32,000 nt of DNA from Zestosphaera tikiterensis. Its GTDB lineage: Archaea; Thermoproteota; Thermoprotei_A; Sulfolobales; NBVN01. Below the pieces are notes generated by a model. It saw only the letters and a program-made list of their open reading frames with translations. It made no database searches and was not told where the DNA came from. Shown here in pieces: positions 1 to 9,778 of the stretch; position 1 is the stretch's first letter, and each line of letters begins with the position of its first letter. The stretch is from assembly GCA_003056265.1 (NCBI GenBank), contig NBVN01000002.1, forward strand, positions 390,001 to 422,000, given 5' to 3'. Both the position numbers and the translations under genes were made by a program.

Positions 1-1
1 T

Positions 2-736
2 CAAGATGGGTTTGACCTCTACCACCATACCCTACTTTTAGACTCTAAAGGTAATTGGGTTATAGTGCAGCAAGGCATGAATACGGAGTTAAGGCTTGCG
101 AGGAGATATCACCTAGCGTGGTTTGTAAGCGATGACCTAACGTTAGAACCTCACGCAGGCGTAGCTTCAGACATAACCACAAACCCCCTAAACTTAACAG
201 TTAAAGACTCCCTAAACTGTAGGAAGGTCGTGCTGGAGTTACTTAATGAAAAACCTTCTAAAATAGTTGGGGAGTTAGGTAAGGTTAACGCCTTACTTAA
301 AGGTATTAAGCCTTTATTCGGTGAAGCACTTGTTAAAACACTCCCTACGAAACTTCCATATTATAAGCCTGTAAAGTTAAGTGAAGCTTTACTGAAGCAA
401 TTAAATAAAGCTTATGAGGTTAAGCCTGTGGATTTTAATGAAGCTTTACTTATTGCTGGACTTGGTCCTGAAACGCTTAGGGCGTTAGCTTTAATTTCTG
501 AGTTAATATATAGGGAACCACCTTCGAATAAAGACGTAGTCACACACTCTTACGACCCGTTTAAATATGCTTACGCTATAGGAGGTAAGGACGGCGTCCC
601 ATACCCCGTTAAGAAGGAGGTTGCTTTGAGGGTTATTAAAGAGCTTGAGGATTTAGTGAGTAATGCCAGGTTAGGTGATAAGGAAAGGCTTTTAGCTTTT
701 AGAGCGTTAAGTAGGTTAGCACCTAAGGACGTTTGA
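2..736 (+). CDS. Conserved hypothetical protein, 5'-truncated by the window edge (possibly DUF763-like)
   Basis: The frame of the listed ORF 65..736 stays open back to nt 2 (..QDGFDLYHHTLLLDSKGNWVIVQQGMN..ARRYH..). The DUF763 guess comes from memory of a QQGMN/RRYHW-type motif only. Confidence 0.6.
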   Translation, partial: QDGFDLYHHTLLLDSKGNWVIVQQGMNTELRLARRYHLAWFVSDDLTLEPHAGVASDITTNPLNLTVKDSLNCRKVVLELLNEKPSKIVGELGKVNALLKGIKPLFGEALVKTLPTKLPYYKPVKLSEALLKQLNKAYEVKPVDFNEALLIAGLGPETLRALALISELIYREPPSNKDVVTHSYDPFKYAYAIGGKDGVPYPVKKEVALRVIKELEDLVSNARLGDKERLLAFRALSRLAPKDV

Positions 737-782
737 GAGATTACGTCTAAAGTTAATTAACCCTAGAGCTACTACATATCTG

Positions 783-1847
783 GTGTCTTTACTGACGTTA
801 GGAACGATGTTCCCTTGCTTTAAAGGGGAATATAAAGGTGTGCCATACAGATATACAAACTTAATGCTAGGTAAGTTAGGAGGTCCTAACAACCCTAAAC
901 ACCTAACCTCCACTATATATGTAGAGAATGTCTTAAGCAAGGCCGTACTTACGCTGTTAGTAAGGGGTAGGGATTTAAAGCCTAGGATAACGCCTTGGAA
1001 AATCTCTCTCAACGACGTTACGTTATCGAGAGAGTTTAAACCGCAAACGCTGTTGGAGTTTAGTGATTCTACTTACGCCCTCCTAGCGTATGAGGTCACC
1101 CCAATAGCTACTAACCCTGGGAAATACCTTCTAAAGATATCTTCAGAAACGTCAGAAACTCTGGAAGTCCTTCAAGCAAGTTTAACAGGTGTTTCAGAAT
1201 CCATGAATGTTTTAACTGCTGTAAGCCATTACTCAGGTATTGTAGGCCTAGCTCCAGGAGAATCTACGGCATTTGAATTACCTGATAAAGGTTTCTCTTT
1301 AGGCGCATATTTAAGTGTTAAAACGCCTTCTAAAAATTCAGCCTTAGTTATAGAGCATGGAGGTATAAAATCAAGGTATGCAAACCTACTTGAAGTTGAT
1401 GAGGTAGTAATTAAAGACATGACAACAGCAGTTGATGATAAGACGTTAAAGATAAAACACGAGGTTTTAAACAATAATAACGTCGGAAGCTTAAGTGTTA
1501 AAACACTTCTCTTAAGTGACGTTTTAATATATAAACCACTCAGCAGAGGTCCACAACTTAACCTAGACTTGATTAAAGCTAGTGACGGAAGAATCGAAGT
1601 TTTAGTGTCTAATGAAGGTGATGTCAACGCGGAAAAACCGCAGTTGGTTCTCTTAGCCAACGGTAGGTTAATTAATAAATACGTTATCGATAAGTTAATT
1701 CCTGGAGAAATTAAGAATTTAGAACTTAAGTTATCGGATAATGTAAACGTAAGTGGTTTAATACTCAGGCTAATCTACAATAGCGTTTGGGGGCAGACAT
1801 ACAAGTCGGTAAGGCTTGACGACCTTCTTAAAAAAGTAAAGCCTTGA
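783..1847 (+). CDS. Hypothetical protein (beta-rich; C-terminal part vaguely CARDB/adhesin-like)
   Basis: Long ORF (354 aa) with a GTG start about 25 nt downstream of an AAGTTAATTAA TATA-like box. No motif recognised; the start is uncertain (alternatives ATG 807 and 864). Confidence 0.5.
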   Translation: MSLLTLGTMFPCFKGEYKGVPYRYTNLMLGKLGGPNNPKHLTSTIYVENVLSKAVLTLLVRGRDLKPRITPWKISLNDVTLSREFKPQTLLEFSDSTYALLAYEVTPIATNPGKYLLKISSETSETLEVLQASLTGVSESMNVLTAVSHYSGIVGLAPGESTAFELPDKGFSLGAYLSVKTPSKNSALVIEHGGIKSRYANLLEVDEVVIKDMTTAVDDKTLKIKHEVLNNNNVGSLSVKTLLLSDVLIYKPLSRGPQLNLDLIKASDGRIEVLVSNEGDVNAEKPQLVLLANGRLINKYVIDKLIPGEIKNLELKLSDNVNVSGLILRLIYNSVWGQTYKSVRLDDLLKKVKP

Positions 1848-2736
1848 GGAGTGAATCTCCTAAGAAGGCTAGGATGCCTAAAAATATCGAAACCTTAAGA
1901 TATGACCTCACCTTGCCCGCTATGACTTCAGGTTCGGAACTTCTTAACATGTTGAGAGAGTTTATTACGGAGTATATTATTAAGGCGTCAGTTGCTAACG
2001 CGAACGTTAAATACACTACTCCATATCCAAGCAGAAGAGGTAATGGTGAGATAGCTACCACGAGTAGTTGAAGCGCTATAGATATTAACGAAGCTTTCTT
2101 AACACCTAAAACCCTCGGTAAAGACTTAACTTTCCTAGCTTCATCTGCTTTGTAATCCTCTATGGTCTTAACGACTTCCCTACCTAAAAGTAGCGTAAAG
2201 GCGTATAGAGCAGGCAACATTGAGAGATTCGTAAGGTTAATATCCCCTATTTTTTCAGCAGCGGCTAAAGCCCCTAAAACTATGGTGAAAGCCCCCTCCA
2301 GCGAGACAACTACGTTACCTACGAACCCCATCTCCTTCACCTTATATGAATATAGGAAAACAACGAACGCGTTTATCAATACGAAGAACATCGTGTAAGG
2401 ACCTAAACCTATAGACGGTAAAACACCAATGACAAATAGTAAAGTGCTTAAGACTAGAGCCTCTCGTGGTGATACCCTACCTGAGGGTATAGGTCTGTAT
2501 GGTTTGTTAAGCATATCAACTTCAACGTCGAAGTAATCGTTTATGACGTAACCCGCTGAAGATATAAGACCTACTATAGCTACTGCGTAAAGCAGTGTGT
2601 CAACGCTTACGTTAACATACGCTTTAACTGATAACCACCCAACTATAGTGGTAAGTAATGACGCGACCACGTTGTGAATTCTTACTAACTCAATGTAAGC
2701 TTTAATTTTCGTAGCTACTTTACTCAAGCTTAACAC
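1828..2736 (-). CDS. UbiA-family prenyltransferase, probable digeranylgeranylglyceryl phosphate (DGGGP) synthase
   Basis: Multi-pass hydrophobic protein of 302 aa with the NDYFDVEVD (NDxxDxxxD) prenyl-diphosphate binding motif. The size is typical of archaeal DGGGP synthase. Confidence 0.8.
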   Translation of the reverse strand: MLSLSKVATKIKAYIELVRIHNVVASLLTTIVGWLSVKAYVNVSVDTLLYAVAIVGLISSAGYVINDYFDVEVDMLNKPYRPIPSGRVSPREALVLSTLLFVIGVLPSIGLGPYTMFFVLINAFVVFLYSYKVKEMGFVGNVVVSLEGAFTIVLGALAAAEKIGDINLTNLSMLPALYAFTLLLGREVVKTIEDYKADEARKVKSLPRVLGVKKASLISIALQLLVVAISPLPLLLGYGVVYLTFALATDALIIYSVINSLNMLRSSEPEVIAGKVRSYLKVSIFLGILAFLGDSLLKALLF

Positions 2737-2986
2737 CTAACTTACGTATTTTCTCGAGGAGGTCCTTCGATATACTGTAACAACCTTGACCTTTAACTAT
2801 AAGACCTAACTCAACTAAGCTTGCTATAGTTTTAACGGGATCTTTAACTTTATATAGTGCTTTTAACTCCCTATACGCTAGTAAATCACCTACGGATCTA
2901 TAACGGCAGAAATACTTTAGAGTCTTCAGTTGATCCTCATCCAAAGATTTCAGTAAAGCTCTCAAGTCTTTTTCAGAGTTGCTCAT
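2720..2986 (-). CDS. Small hypothetical protein, winged-helix-like
   Basis: 88-aa ORF overlapping the downstream UbiA gene by 17 nt, which suggests an operon. No diagnostic motif. Confidence 0.5.
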   Translation of the reverse strand: MSNSEKDLRALLKSLDEDQLKTLKYFCRYRSVGDLLAYRELKALYKVKDPVKTIASLVELGLIVKGQGCYSISKDLLEKIRKLGVKLE

Positions 2987-2996
2987 GAGCGCTACC

Positions 2997-3986
2997 CTAG
3001 TAGTAGTATGTGTTTAAGAAATTATGTTCGCTTATTCTCTCAGCAACGTCTATATTCTCACATACGTTACTTAAAGGACACGCGTCACGTCCCAAAACTT
3101 TACACTTAGGATTTACCCTAAGGCAAGTCTTCCTTCCAAACATCCATAGAAAATCATCCAGGTGAAAAACGTCTAAACCAGCTATTTTATGAAGTTCTTT
3201 ATATGCTTTCCTAACCGTCAGCCTTAAAGCTACGTCCTCACCCCATTCAAACGGTTCATTATGTTCTAACTTCTTTTTTAACAATCCATAAACGCGAACC
3301 AACCCAAGCCTTAGAGCTATACGTGTTAAGTGATTGTCTACTGGGACTTCCTTATTCCAAGGGTCTTCAATCTGAATTAGGCCTCTTCTTTCAATAAATT
3401 TAATGAAGAGATAGGCCTTCTTCTCAACAGGGTCCGAATAAGCTTTAAACACCTTCAACTTATCCACAAGTCCTTGACCATTACCCCTCTTTAAGTGGTT
3501 TCCAGAGGACTCAATCAATGAAGACACGCTACCTCCGTAAAGCACTTTAAGCTTCCGCCCTAAATCCCTAAGTAAGTCGGCACGTACTTCAGGATCCCAT
3601 ATAGTGACTCTACCTCCCTTACCATCGTCGGCGGATAGCCAAGCTTTAACTTCATCTGGCGTTAAGTTAGCCATGTTGGAAGGGTTGAAAAAACCCGGGT
3701 CTTCATTAAATTTACTCATACCGAGTCTATATAGGAGATCCGCACCGTGGTAAAACTCGTTGTTAACGTATCCTTCAAACGGTACGTACCTACTTGTTCT
3801 ATGATCTATAGCAACCATAAATATGAAATACCTTAACGTAAGTTCCTTATCAACGTCTCGACTTGGGTAGTATCTAGGATCCGTAAAAGTATCTAAGCCT
3901 GCGTTAGCTACAACGTCTCTTATAACTGGAGCTACTTTAACTAACGCAGCAGTGTTTACCTCTATATCGTAGGTCTTCACGCTCAT
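2997..3986 (-). CDS. HhH-GPD-superfamily-like protein with a C-terminal Fe-S cluster loop (putative DNA glycosylase-like)
   Basis: The motif PVDNHLTRIALRLGLV resembles the PIDTHIRRVLYRLGYI motif of the endonuclease III in this same window. The C-terminus CLRVNPKCKVLGRDACPLSNVC is a C-x6-C-x7-C-x5-C pattern. The gene overlaps the upstream dUTPase-family gene by 4 nt. Confidence 0.55.
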   Translation of the reverse strand: MSVKTYDIEVNTAALVKVAPVIRDVVANAGLDTFTDPRYYPSRDVDKELTLRYFIFMVAIDHRTSRYVPFEGYVNNEFYHGADLLYRLGMSKFNEDPGFFNPSNMANLTPDEVKAWLSADDGKGGRVTIWDPEVRADLLRDLGRKLKVLYGGSVSSLIESSGNHLKRGNGQGLVDKLKVFKAYSDPVEKKAYLFIKFIERRGLIQIEDPWNKEVPVDNHLTRIALRLGLVRVYGLLKKKLEHNEPFEWGEDVALRLTVRKAYKELHKIAGLDVFHLDDFLWMFGRKTCLRVNPKCKVLGRDACPLSNVCENIDVAERISEHNFLNTYYY

Positions 3987-4471
3987 AGATTTTCACCCTT
4001 ATAGAACCCGTCATATGCCTTAACAACCTTCTTAGGAAGCTTGAAAAACACTAGTTGAGCAACCCTAGCGTAAACCTCTAGGAAAATACCGTAGGGATTA
4101 AACACTTGAAGCAGTGCTTCACCTCTACCTACATAACCGGGGTCCCATACAGTGCACGTTAATTGAATTCCCGACCTTAGCAACGAAGATCTGGGGAAGC
4201 AGAAAGCTACGACATCCTCAGGCACTTCAACAACTTCCGAGAATCTAACCTTATAAACTCCCTGACTTAAAAACCAACCACCATCCTTAGGGGGGATCTC
4301 CTCTAGAGAGGGTAGTTCACGCGTTTGAAAACCTAACCTAGCAGAGCTTATAAACTTAAAAACCTTAGAAACAGTTAAATCCACACCTACAGGCTGTACT
4401 TGTGTGTTAACATCTATCAATCCCTTAACGAACTTCAATGCGTCATTACCTAAGATTATCGTAAACCCCAC
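3983..4471 (-). CDS. dCTP deaminase/dUTPase family protein (probable dUTP diphosphatase)
   Basis: 162 aa with VGVDLTV, PRSSLLRSG and VWDPGYVGRGE motifs typical of the trimeric Dcd/Dut fold. Confidence 0.75.
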   Translation of the reverse strand: MGFTIILGNDALKFVKGLIDVNTQVQPVGVDLTVSKVFKFISSARLGFQTRELPSLEEIPPKDGGWFLSQGVYKVRFSEVVEVPEDVVAFCFPRSSLLRSGIQLTCTVWDPGYVGRGEALLQVFNPYGIFLEVYARVAQLVFFKLPKKVVKAYDGFYKGENL

Positions 4472-4620
4472 CTAAACTAACTTGCCCTATGAGTTTATAA
4501 ACAAACCACTGGTAAGTTTTAAATAGTAGATAAATTTATTTAAAAATATTTTAATAAAAAATCAATGAACATCAAGGCATCTAATGTAATTTTTATATCA
4601 ATACATTAAGGGGAGGGTTT

Positions 4621-5067
4621 ATGGGGGATAAATTTATAAGCAAACCGTTAGAAAATTTATTGGGGGTAGCGATGACGGAAATCAGCATAATCAAAGAAAT
4701 AGGTGGAAAAAATGAAAAGTATAAAGTCTACGGAAAGCATGTCTACGGTAGCTTATACGACTGCGATCCTAAACTTCTTTCAGACCCTGAATACCTGGAA
4801 AAGACCGTCGTTAACGCTGCTAAAGTCGGTAACATGACCTTACTTGACGTTAAGGTATGGCATATAAGCCCTGGTGTAAGCGTTATTGGAATTATATTGG
4901 AATCCCACATAACTATACATACGTGGCCTGAGTACAGATTTGCGACTGTGGATGTATATTCATGCGGTCCCCACACAGATCCTTTAAAGGCGTTTAACTA
5001 TATAGTTAAGTCATTAAAAGCTGAGAGATATGAGTTAGAGGTAGCTGACAGATCGTTTGTCGAGTAA
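4621..5067 (+). CDS. speH: Pyruvoyl-dependent S-adenosylmethionine decarboxylase proenzyme (SpeH/class 1b; an arginine-decarboxylase paralogue is also possible)
   Basis: [24 protein letters not shown] core with the E-S self-cleavage site. A GGGGAGG SD lies 4 nt upstream of the ATG. Confidence 0.8.
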   Translation: MGDKFISKPLENLLGVAMTEISIIKEIGGKNEKYKVYGKHVYGSLYDCDPKLLSDPEYLEKTVVNAAKVGNMTLLDVKVWHISPGVSVIGIILESHITIHTWPEYRFATVDVYSCGPHTDPLKAFNYIVKSLKAERYELEVADRSFVE

Positions 5068-5172
5068 CTTTTTAGAGCTGAGAAATACCTTTAATACGTA
5101 TTTAATTTAACTGCTTGAAACTATGTATTTAAAGCTAATAACTGTGTAAAGAAACTCAACTTAGGTGGGTAC

Positions 5173-5925
5173 TTGGTTAAAATATTAGTTGGTTGCTGCG
5201 GATTTCCAATATCGCGAAGTAAGTATTACATGACTTTCAACTGCGTAGAACTTCAGGATACCTTCTACAATCCTCCGGATGTAGAGAAAATGAAAGCTTT
5301 AATGAAAGAAGCTCCTGAAGGCTTTAAATTCTCTATGAAGGCTTGGCAAGCGATAACACACCCTCCAAACATGATGACATGGCGGAGATCTAAATTTAAG
5401 CCTCCTAAAGAGGCATGGAACAGATATGGTTACTTGAAACCAACGAAAGAGAATTTTGAGGCATGGGCTTTAATAGATAAAGCAGCTAACGCGCTTTCAG
5501 TAACGTACGTAGTAATTCAACTACCTCCAACATTTAAATACATCGATGAAAACGTAAGTAACGTCAGAGAGTTCCTATCAACTATAGGGAGCACACGATA
5601 CCGCATAGGCATGGAGTTCAGAGGTGATTGGGTTGAACATCGCTTAGAGCTAAGGAAGCTTTTAAACGATTACAGTAACGTAACGCATGTTGTAGATCCT
5701 TTCAGATGGTTCCCACCAGAAACAAGTGGGGAGTATTACTTCAGGCTTCACGGTATTGGAGGTTCTGAAGTAAACTACAGGTATAAGTATACGCAGGACG
5801 ATCTACTTAGACTTAATAACATGTTGAAAGCCCTTCACGACGCTAAGGAGATCTACGTCATGTTCAATAACGTATATATGAAGGAAGACGCTCTAAACTT
5901 CATTAAAATCCTTAAGCAGCAGTAG
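5173..5925 (+). CDS. DUF72 (UPF0759) family protein
   Basis: The N-terminus ILVGCCGFP...YY..F..VELQDTFY is typical of DUF72. TTG start with an AGGTGG SD 4-5 nt upstream. Confidence 0.7.
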   Translation: MVKILVGCCGFPISRSKYYMTFNCVELQDTFYNPPDVEKMKALMKEAPEGFKFSMKAWQAITHPPNMMTWRRSKFKPPKEAWNRYGYLKPTKENFEAWALIDKAANALSVTYVVIQLPPTFKYIDENVSNVREFLSTIGSTRYRIGMEFRGDWVEHRLELRKLLNDYSNVTHVVDPFRWFPPETSGEYYFRLHGIGGSEVNYRYKYTQDDLLRLNNMLKALHDAKEIYVMFNNVYMKEDALNFIKILKQQ

Positions 5926-5934
5926 AGCTTTAAA

Positions 5935-7095
5935 TCATTGATTGACGATCTTCTTAAGGTCTTGAATTAAAGCATCTATAACTTCTTCACTTACGTGGGG
6001 CATTATAGTTATTTTTATGCCTTCCAAGGAAGGACATGAATAAACATACCATCCAAGTTCGTTAAGCTTACTCCAGATCTTTAAGTAGCTTAATCTATCA
6101 TGTTTAAAACAAAGGATAGGTAGTTCCGGCTCAACAACTTCAAACCCTTCAGAGGTTAGTCTGTCATAAGCATATTCAGTTAAACGCATTAAATCAGCGA
6201 ACATCTTACTTAAACCCTCCTTTCCGTAATACATTAAGGAAGCCCATAAGGTAGCTGCTGAACCAGCACTCCTAGACCATAGCAAACCATATTGTTTGTC
6301 TTCACCAAGGAAATACGTGGCTTTAAAAGCTATCAACTCAAGCAAGGATTTATCTTTAAGAAGTAACGCTCCTGAAGGTATCGGCGTAAGCAAGTTTTTA
6401 TGGCCGTCAACACTTATGGAAAACACTGATTCTACTCGAAAGTCGAATTCCGGATATTTACGTCCAAGTCCTTCAAGAAAAGGTATTAAGATAGCTCCGT
6501 ATGCTCCGTCGACATGTATAGGTACGTCCGGCATTTCCTCGTGGAAATCTTTAACAGGGTCGACAGCGCCGGTTTCGGTATTACCGACGGTTAACACCAA
6601 ACCAACACTTCCGACGTTATTCACTTCACGTAATTTTCTTAAAGCTGAGTTAACGTCACCTCTTAACTTACTGTCTACATCAAACACTAAGGTCTTCATC
6701 TGAAGTATTTTAGCAGCTTTAAAGACTGAAGTGTGTGCTGACTTAGGAACTAGTAAGTGTTTTACCCCTACCTCCCTCAATATATAGAGGCCTGTTAAGT
6801 TGGATTCGCTACCTCCGTAAGTTATTATCCCATCGCATTTCCTACCGTTAAACAGCTCGCAAAGCATGGATAAAGCTTCTTGAGCAAGCCTCCAAGAAGT
6901 TTTAAACCTAACGTAATCATTTAAGTTACGATCTAAAAACTCTATAAACGCTTTAACTAGTGTTGGGTTAGGCTTAGACATCATAGGACCTAAAGACTTT
7001 CTATCACCTAACTTAGGTTCCTCCTTACTCAACTCAGCAATTACTTTCAACACATCTTCTCCTAAACCCTTCTCAGGGATCGGCAGTTTCAGCAC
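5935..7095 (-). CDS. mfnA: PLP-dependent group II decarboxylase, MfnA-like (tyrosine/aspartate decarboxylase)
   Basis: 386 aa with a SISVDGHKNLLTPIPSGALL pyridoxal-lysine region and the overall archaeal MfnA architecture. Confidence 0.75.
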   Translation of the reverse strand: MLKLPIPEKGLGEDVLKVIAELSKEEPKLGDRKSLGPMMSKPNPTLVKAFIEFLDRNLNDYVRFKTSWRLAQEALSMLCELFNGRKCDGIITYGGSESNLTGLYILREVGVKHLLVPKSAHTSVFKAAKILQMKTLVFDVDSKLRGDVNSALRKLREVNNVGSVGLVLTVGNTETGAVDPVKDFHEEMPDVPIHVDGAYGAILIPFLEGLGRKYPEFDFRVESVFSISVDGHKNLLTPIPSGALLLKDKSLLELIAFKATYFLGEDKQYGLLWSRSAGSAATLWASLMYYGKEGLSKMFADLMRLTEYAYDRLTSEGFEVVEPELPILCFKHDRLSYLKIWSKLNELGWYVYSCPSLEGIKITIMPHVSEEVIDALIQDLKKIVNQ

Positions 7096-7131
7096 CTTAT
7101 ATGAAAAACCCTTAAAGCTTTAATGTTTAAA

Positions 7132-8229
7132 TTAGCGACTGAAGGATGTATAGGTATAACAACCAAGTTTGTTAAGGAAGGTAACAAATTCTTCCTTAAA
7201 CATGTATAGTTCCTCAAGGGGCTTAACGCCTTCACCTAAGGACTTAGTTAAAGCTATTTGAGACGTTACCGCAAATACAGCGGCTGTGAAAACCGTTGTA
7301 GCAGGTTCTTTAGGAGTTCCCTTAAGTATCGCTTTACTTAGATAACGCTTAGAATCTTTAGATGCTCGAACCTCAAGAATAGCTACGTCATTAACCTCCA
7401 TTTTAAGCTTCATCTCTAGAAGTCTAGCTAAAAACTTAGCAGGTATTACATCAACTTCATCAACTTTAACATGTTCCTTATCCATTAGACCGAGCTGCTT
7501 AAGTAACTTCATAGCTTTTAAGTGACCAGGCCATCTTAAAGTTACTTCAAACATGTTTCTAGCTTTTACATTACGTATAAGTGTTCTTAAACCGTCACTG
7601 TAGAACCCTTCTAAACGTCCAAAACCTTCAATATCAACCTCTAAAATCTTATCTAGTGGGTCAACGAAAGTTAACTTACCGTCTAGAATGATCCTAGCCT
7701 TCCTTAAATACTCTTCAATAAGGTCTTCAGCATTCCACGTAACAACATACCCTAACGGAGGCACTGGCTCCTGCGGTATACCACCTACGTAGATCTCCAC
7801 ATCATCTAAACCGCTTAAAACTTCTTGAGCCTCCCCAACAAGCAAGTTGCTAAATCCCGGAGCAAACCCTGCGTCAGGCACGTAAAACGTTCGACACTTC
7901 TCGACGTATGTGCTTAAAGTATAGGGATCTTCAGAAATAAATGATACATCAACTACGTTAACGCATTCCCTCAACACTCTCTCTAAGTATCTATAAGCTA
8001 CACTGGATGGTAGGGAAACCATTACTAAATCAACGCCACGTATGTATTTCAGTAAGTTAGATTCCTCCTTTAGAGTTACGAATTCAACATTATTCAAGTC
8101 TTTAACTAAGGAAGCCTTAGAAGGGTCTTTATCCACAGCCACAATCTCAACATCGTTTTTTAAAGTGGTTAAATACTTTAATGCGAAATATCCCACCCTA
8201 CCCAGACCTAAGAGTGTGACCTTAGGCAT
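7132..8229 (-). CDS. Saccharopine dehydrogenase-like NAD(P) oxidoreductase
   Basis: Rossmann N-terminus MPKVTLLGLGRVG plus a saccharopine-DH-like C-terminal domain. I prefer ATG 8229 (GGGTGGG SD 5 nt upstream) over the track start at 8259. Confidence 0.7.
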   Translation of the reverse strand: MPKVTLLGLGRVGYFALKYLTTLKNDVEIVAVDKDPSKASLVKDLNNVEFVTLKEESNLLKYIRGVDLVMVSLPSSVAYRYLERVLRECVNVVDVSFISEDPYTLSTYVEKCRTFYVPDAGFAPGFSNLLVGEAQEVLSGLDDVEIYVGGIPQEPVPPLGYVVTWNAEDLIEEYLRKARIILDGKLTFVDPLDKILEVDIEGFGRLEGFYSDGLRTLIRNVKARNMFEVTLRWPGHLKAMKLLKQLGLMDKEHVKVDEVDVIPAKFLARLLEMKLKMEVNDVAILEVRASKDSKRYLSKAILKGTPKEPATTVFTAAVFAVTSQIALTKSLGEGVKPLEELYMFKEEFVTFLNKLGCYTYTSFSR

Positions 8230-8320
8230 GTTAACCCACCCTATATTTAAACACACCAATTACCACGTCTTAACTACCTTAAAATTAAGTGTGGTTTATT
8301 AATACGTATAGAATTAGAAG

Positions 8321-9127
8321 GTGGTGATTATAGTGGGTAGCGGGTTATTCGACACGGTTTTGGTTAGACCGCCAAACGCTGAAATCATTAGGTGTGTTTC
8401 TTCACATCCCTTACGAAGTACGGTTAATTACGAAAAAGCTTTAGAACAACATAGGGAATACGTAAAAACGCTTGAAGATGAAGGTATAGAAGTTGTAGAA
8501 CTCGATCCTTTGGAAGGCTTTCCAGACTCTGTTTTTATTCAGGATACTGCTGTTGTGGGTTTAAAGACGCGTAAAGCCTTAATCTCGAGATTCGGTGTGG
8601 GGAGTAGGAGAGGGGAGGAGTTAAGCGTTGCTGAAGTGCTGGCTAAAAAAGGTTTTAAGATATTCTTTACAGAAGAACCTCATACTATCGAAGGCGGTGA
8701 CGTTTTAGTTACGGATGTTGGGGTTGTTTACGTAGGTGTTACTAGCAGGACCAACTTAGGCGGTGTTTCTAAATTAGCTGAAGTTTTTAATAACGTTACC
8801 GTAGTATCAATACCGACAGATAAGGTTTTCCACTTACTTTCGGCTGTTAACTACATAGGTGATAAAACACTAGCTTTAGTTCCTGAGCTAGTAGGCCCAA
8901 GAATGTTCGAACACTTTAAAATTTTAAGGGTTCCATTAGATGAAGCTTACGCGGCTAACATGCTCTACTTAGGTGATAAAAGGGTTCTCATACCTAAAGG
9001 CTATCGAAAAACTGAAGAAATCTTAAGGAATGCCGGCTATGAAGTCATAGCTGTGGATGTTTCCGAATTTCAGAAATGCGATGGTGGAGTTACGTGCTTA
9101 AGCTTGCCGCTATATAAGACGTTATAA
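8321..9127 (+). CDS. Amidinotransferase-fold enzyme (DDAH / arginine deiminase-like)
   Basis: 268 aa ending in the catalytic-Cys context KCDGGVTCLS. The true start may be GTG 8333, because the track start lies inside the AGGTGGTGA SD. Confidence 0.65.
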   Translation: MVIIVGSGLFDTVLVRPPNAEIIRCVSSHPLRSTVNYEKALEQHREYVKTLEDEGIEVVELDPLEGFPDSVFIQDTAVVGLKTRKALISRFGVGSRRGEELSVAEVLAKKGFKIFFTEEPHTIEGGDVLVTDVGVVYVGVTSRTNLGGVSKLAEVFNNVTVVSIPTDKVFHLLSAVNYIGDKTLALVPELVGPRMFEHFKILRVPLDEAYAANMLYLGDKRVLIPKGYRKTEEILRNAGYEVIAVDVSEFQKCDGGVTCLSLPLYKTL

Positions 9128-9143
9128 ATCTTTAGCTTGGGCA

Positions 9144-9500
9144 TCAACGCCTTAGATAGTTAAGTATTCTAGGCGTTTTGTCTTTAAGTTTACGTATTAA
9201 ATCCTCTAAAGATTCTGAAATTATGTAGAGACCGTAAGGTATGTACTCCGATTCACGGCAACTTTGAAGTAAATACGCGTAATCTGATATAGGCAATACC
9301 TTAGCGATATAACCATGGTTTAAACGTCTTTCCCTAATGACGATCCTCAACGCAACATCACCTAAAAGAAAATCGAGAGAGACGCAGTCAACTTCTTCTT
9401 TAACGTCGCATTTAGGTAGTTTTAACTCGTTAGTCAAAACCTTCTTAACTTCAGGTAGAACCTCCCTCATATACATTACCATGACCTCCCTACCTTTCAA
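9144..9500 (-). CDS. Hypothetical protein
   Basis: 118-aa ORF with no recognisable motif. It fills an otherwise empty interval. Confidence 0.45.
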   Translation of the reverse strand: MKGREVMVMYMREVLPEVKKVLTNELKLPKCDVKEEVDCVSLDFLLGDVALRIVIRERRLNHGYIAKVLPISDYAYLLQSCRESEYIPYGLYIISESLEDLIRKLKDKTPRILNYLRR

Positions 9501-9778
9501 TCTTTTTAATTGTTTCCTTCTATCCTAACAACTCCAACTACCTACCCATCTTAGTCGGAAAGAGCCCTACTCCTAGGGTATTATTAATCAGTCCCGAGGA
9601 TTAAAGTCTATCGTAAATCAAGTAGTTAGAAGTCATGCTGTACGTTAGCAGGAAAGATTATAAGAATCGCAATCCTATCCTCACATTAAAAGACTAGGCT
9701 TCCGGTTGTATGGGTGGTTGGCGATTTATGAAGCTTATATACTGTGTTATGGATAAATCCTATACTGGGGTCGACGTC

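Noticed and set aside
4472-4620. A very AT-rich 150-nt spacer with A/T runs could be a replication origin.
   Set aside because: There is no cdc6/orc1 gene nearby and I see no ORB-like repeated boxes. It is a divergent promoter region for the dut-family and speH genes.
9565-9578. A CCCTA-CTCC-TAGGG mini-hairpin within GAGCCCTACTCCTAGGG resembles the AGCCCUAGGG box of the RNA family and might be a sixth copy.
   Set aside because: Only about 17 nt resemble the family. There is no GTTGGG leader, TATA cassette or further helices, and the surrounding spacer is not G+C-rich.
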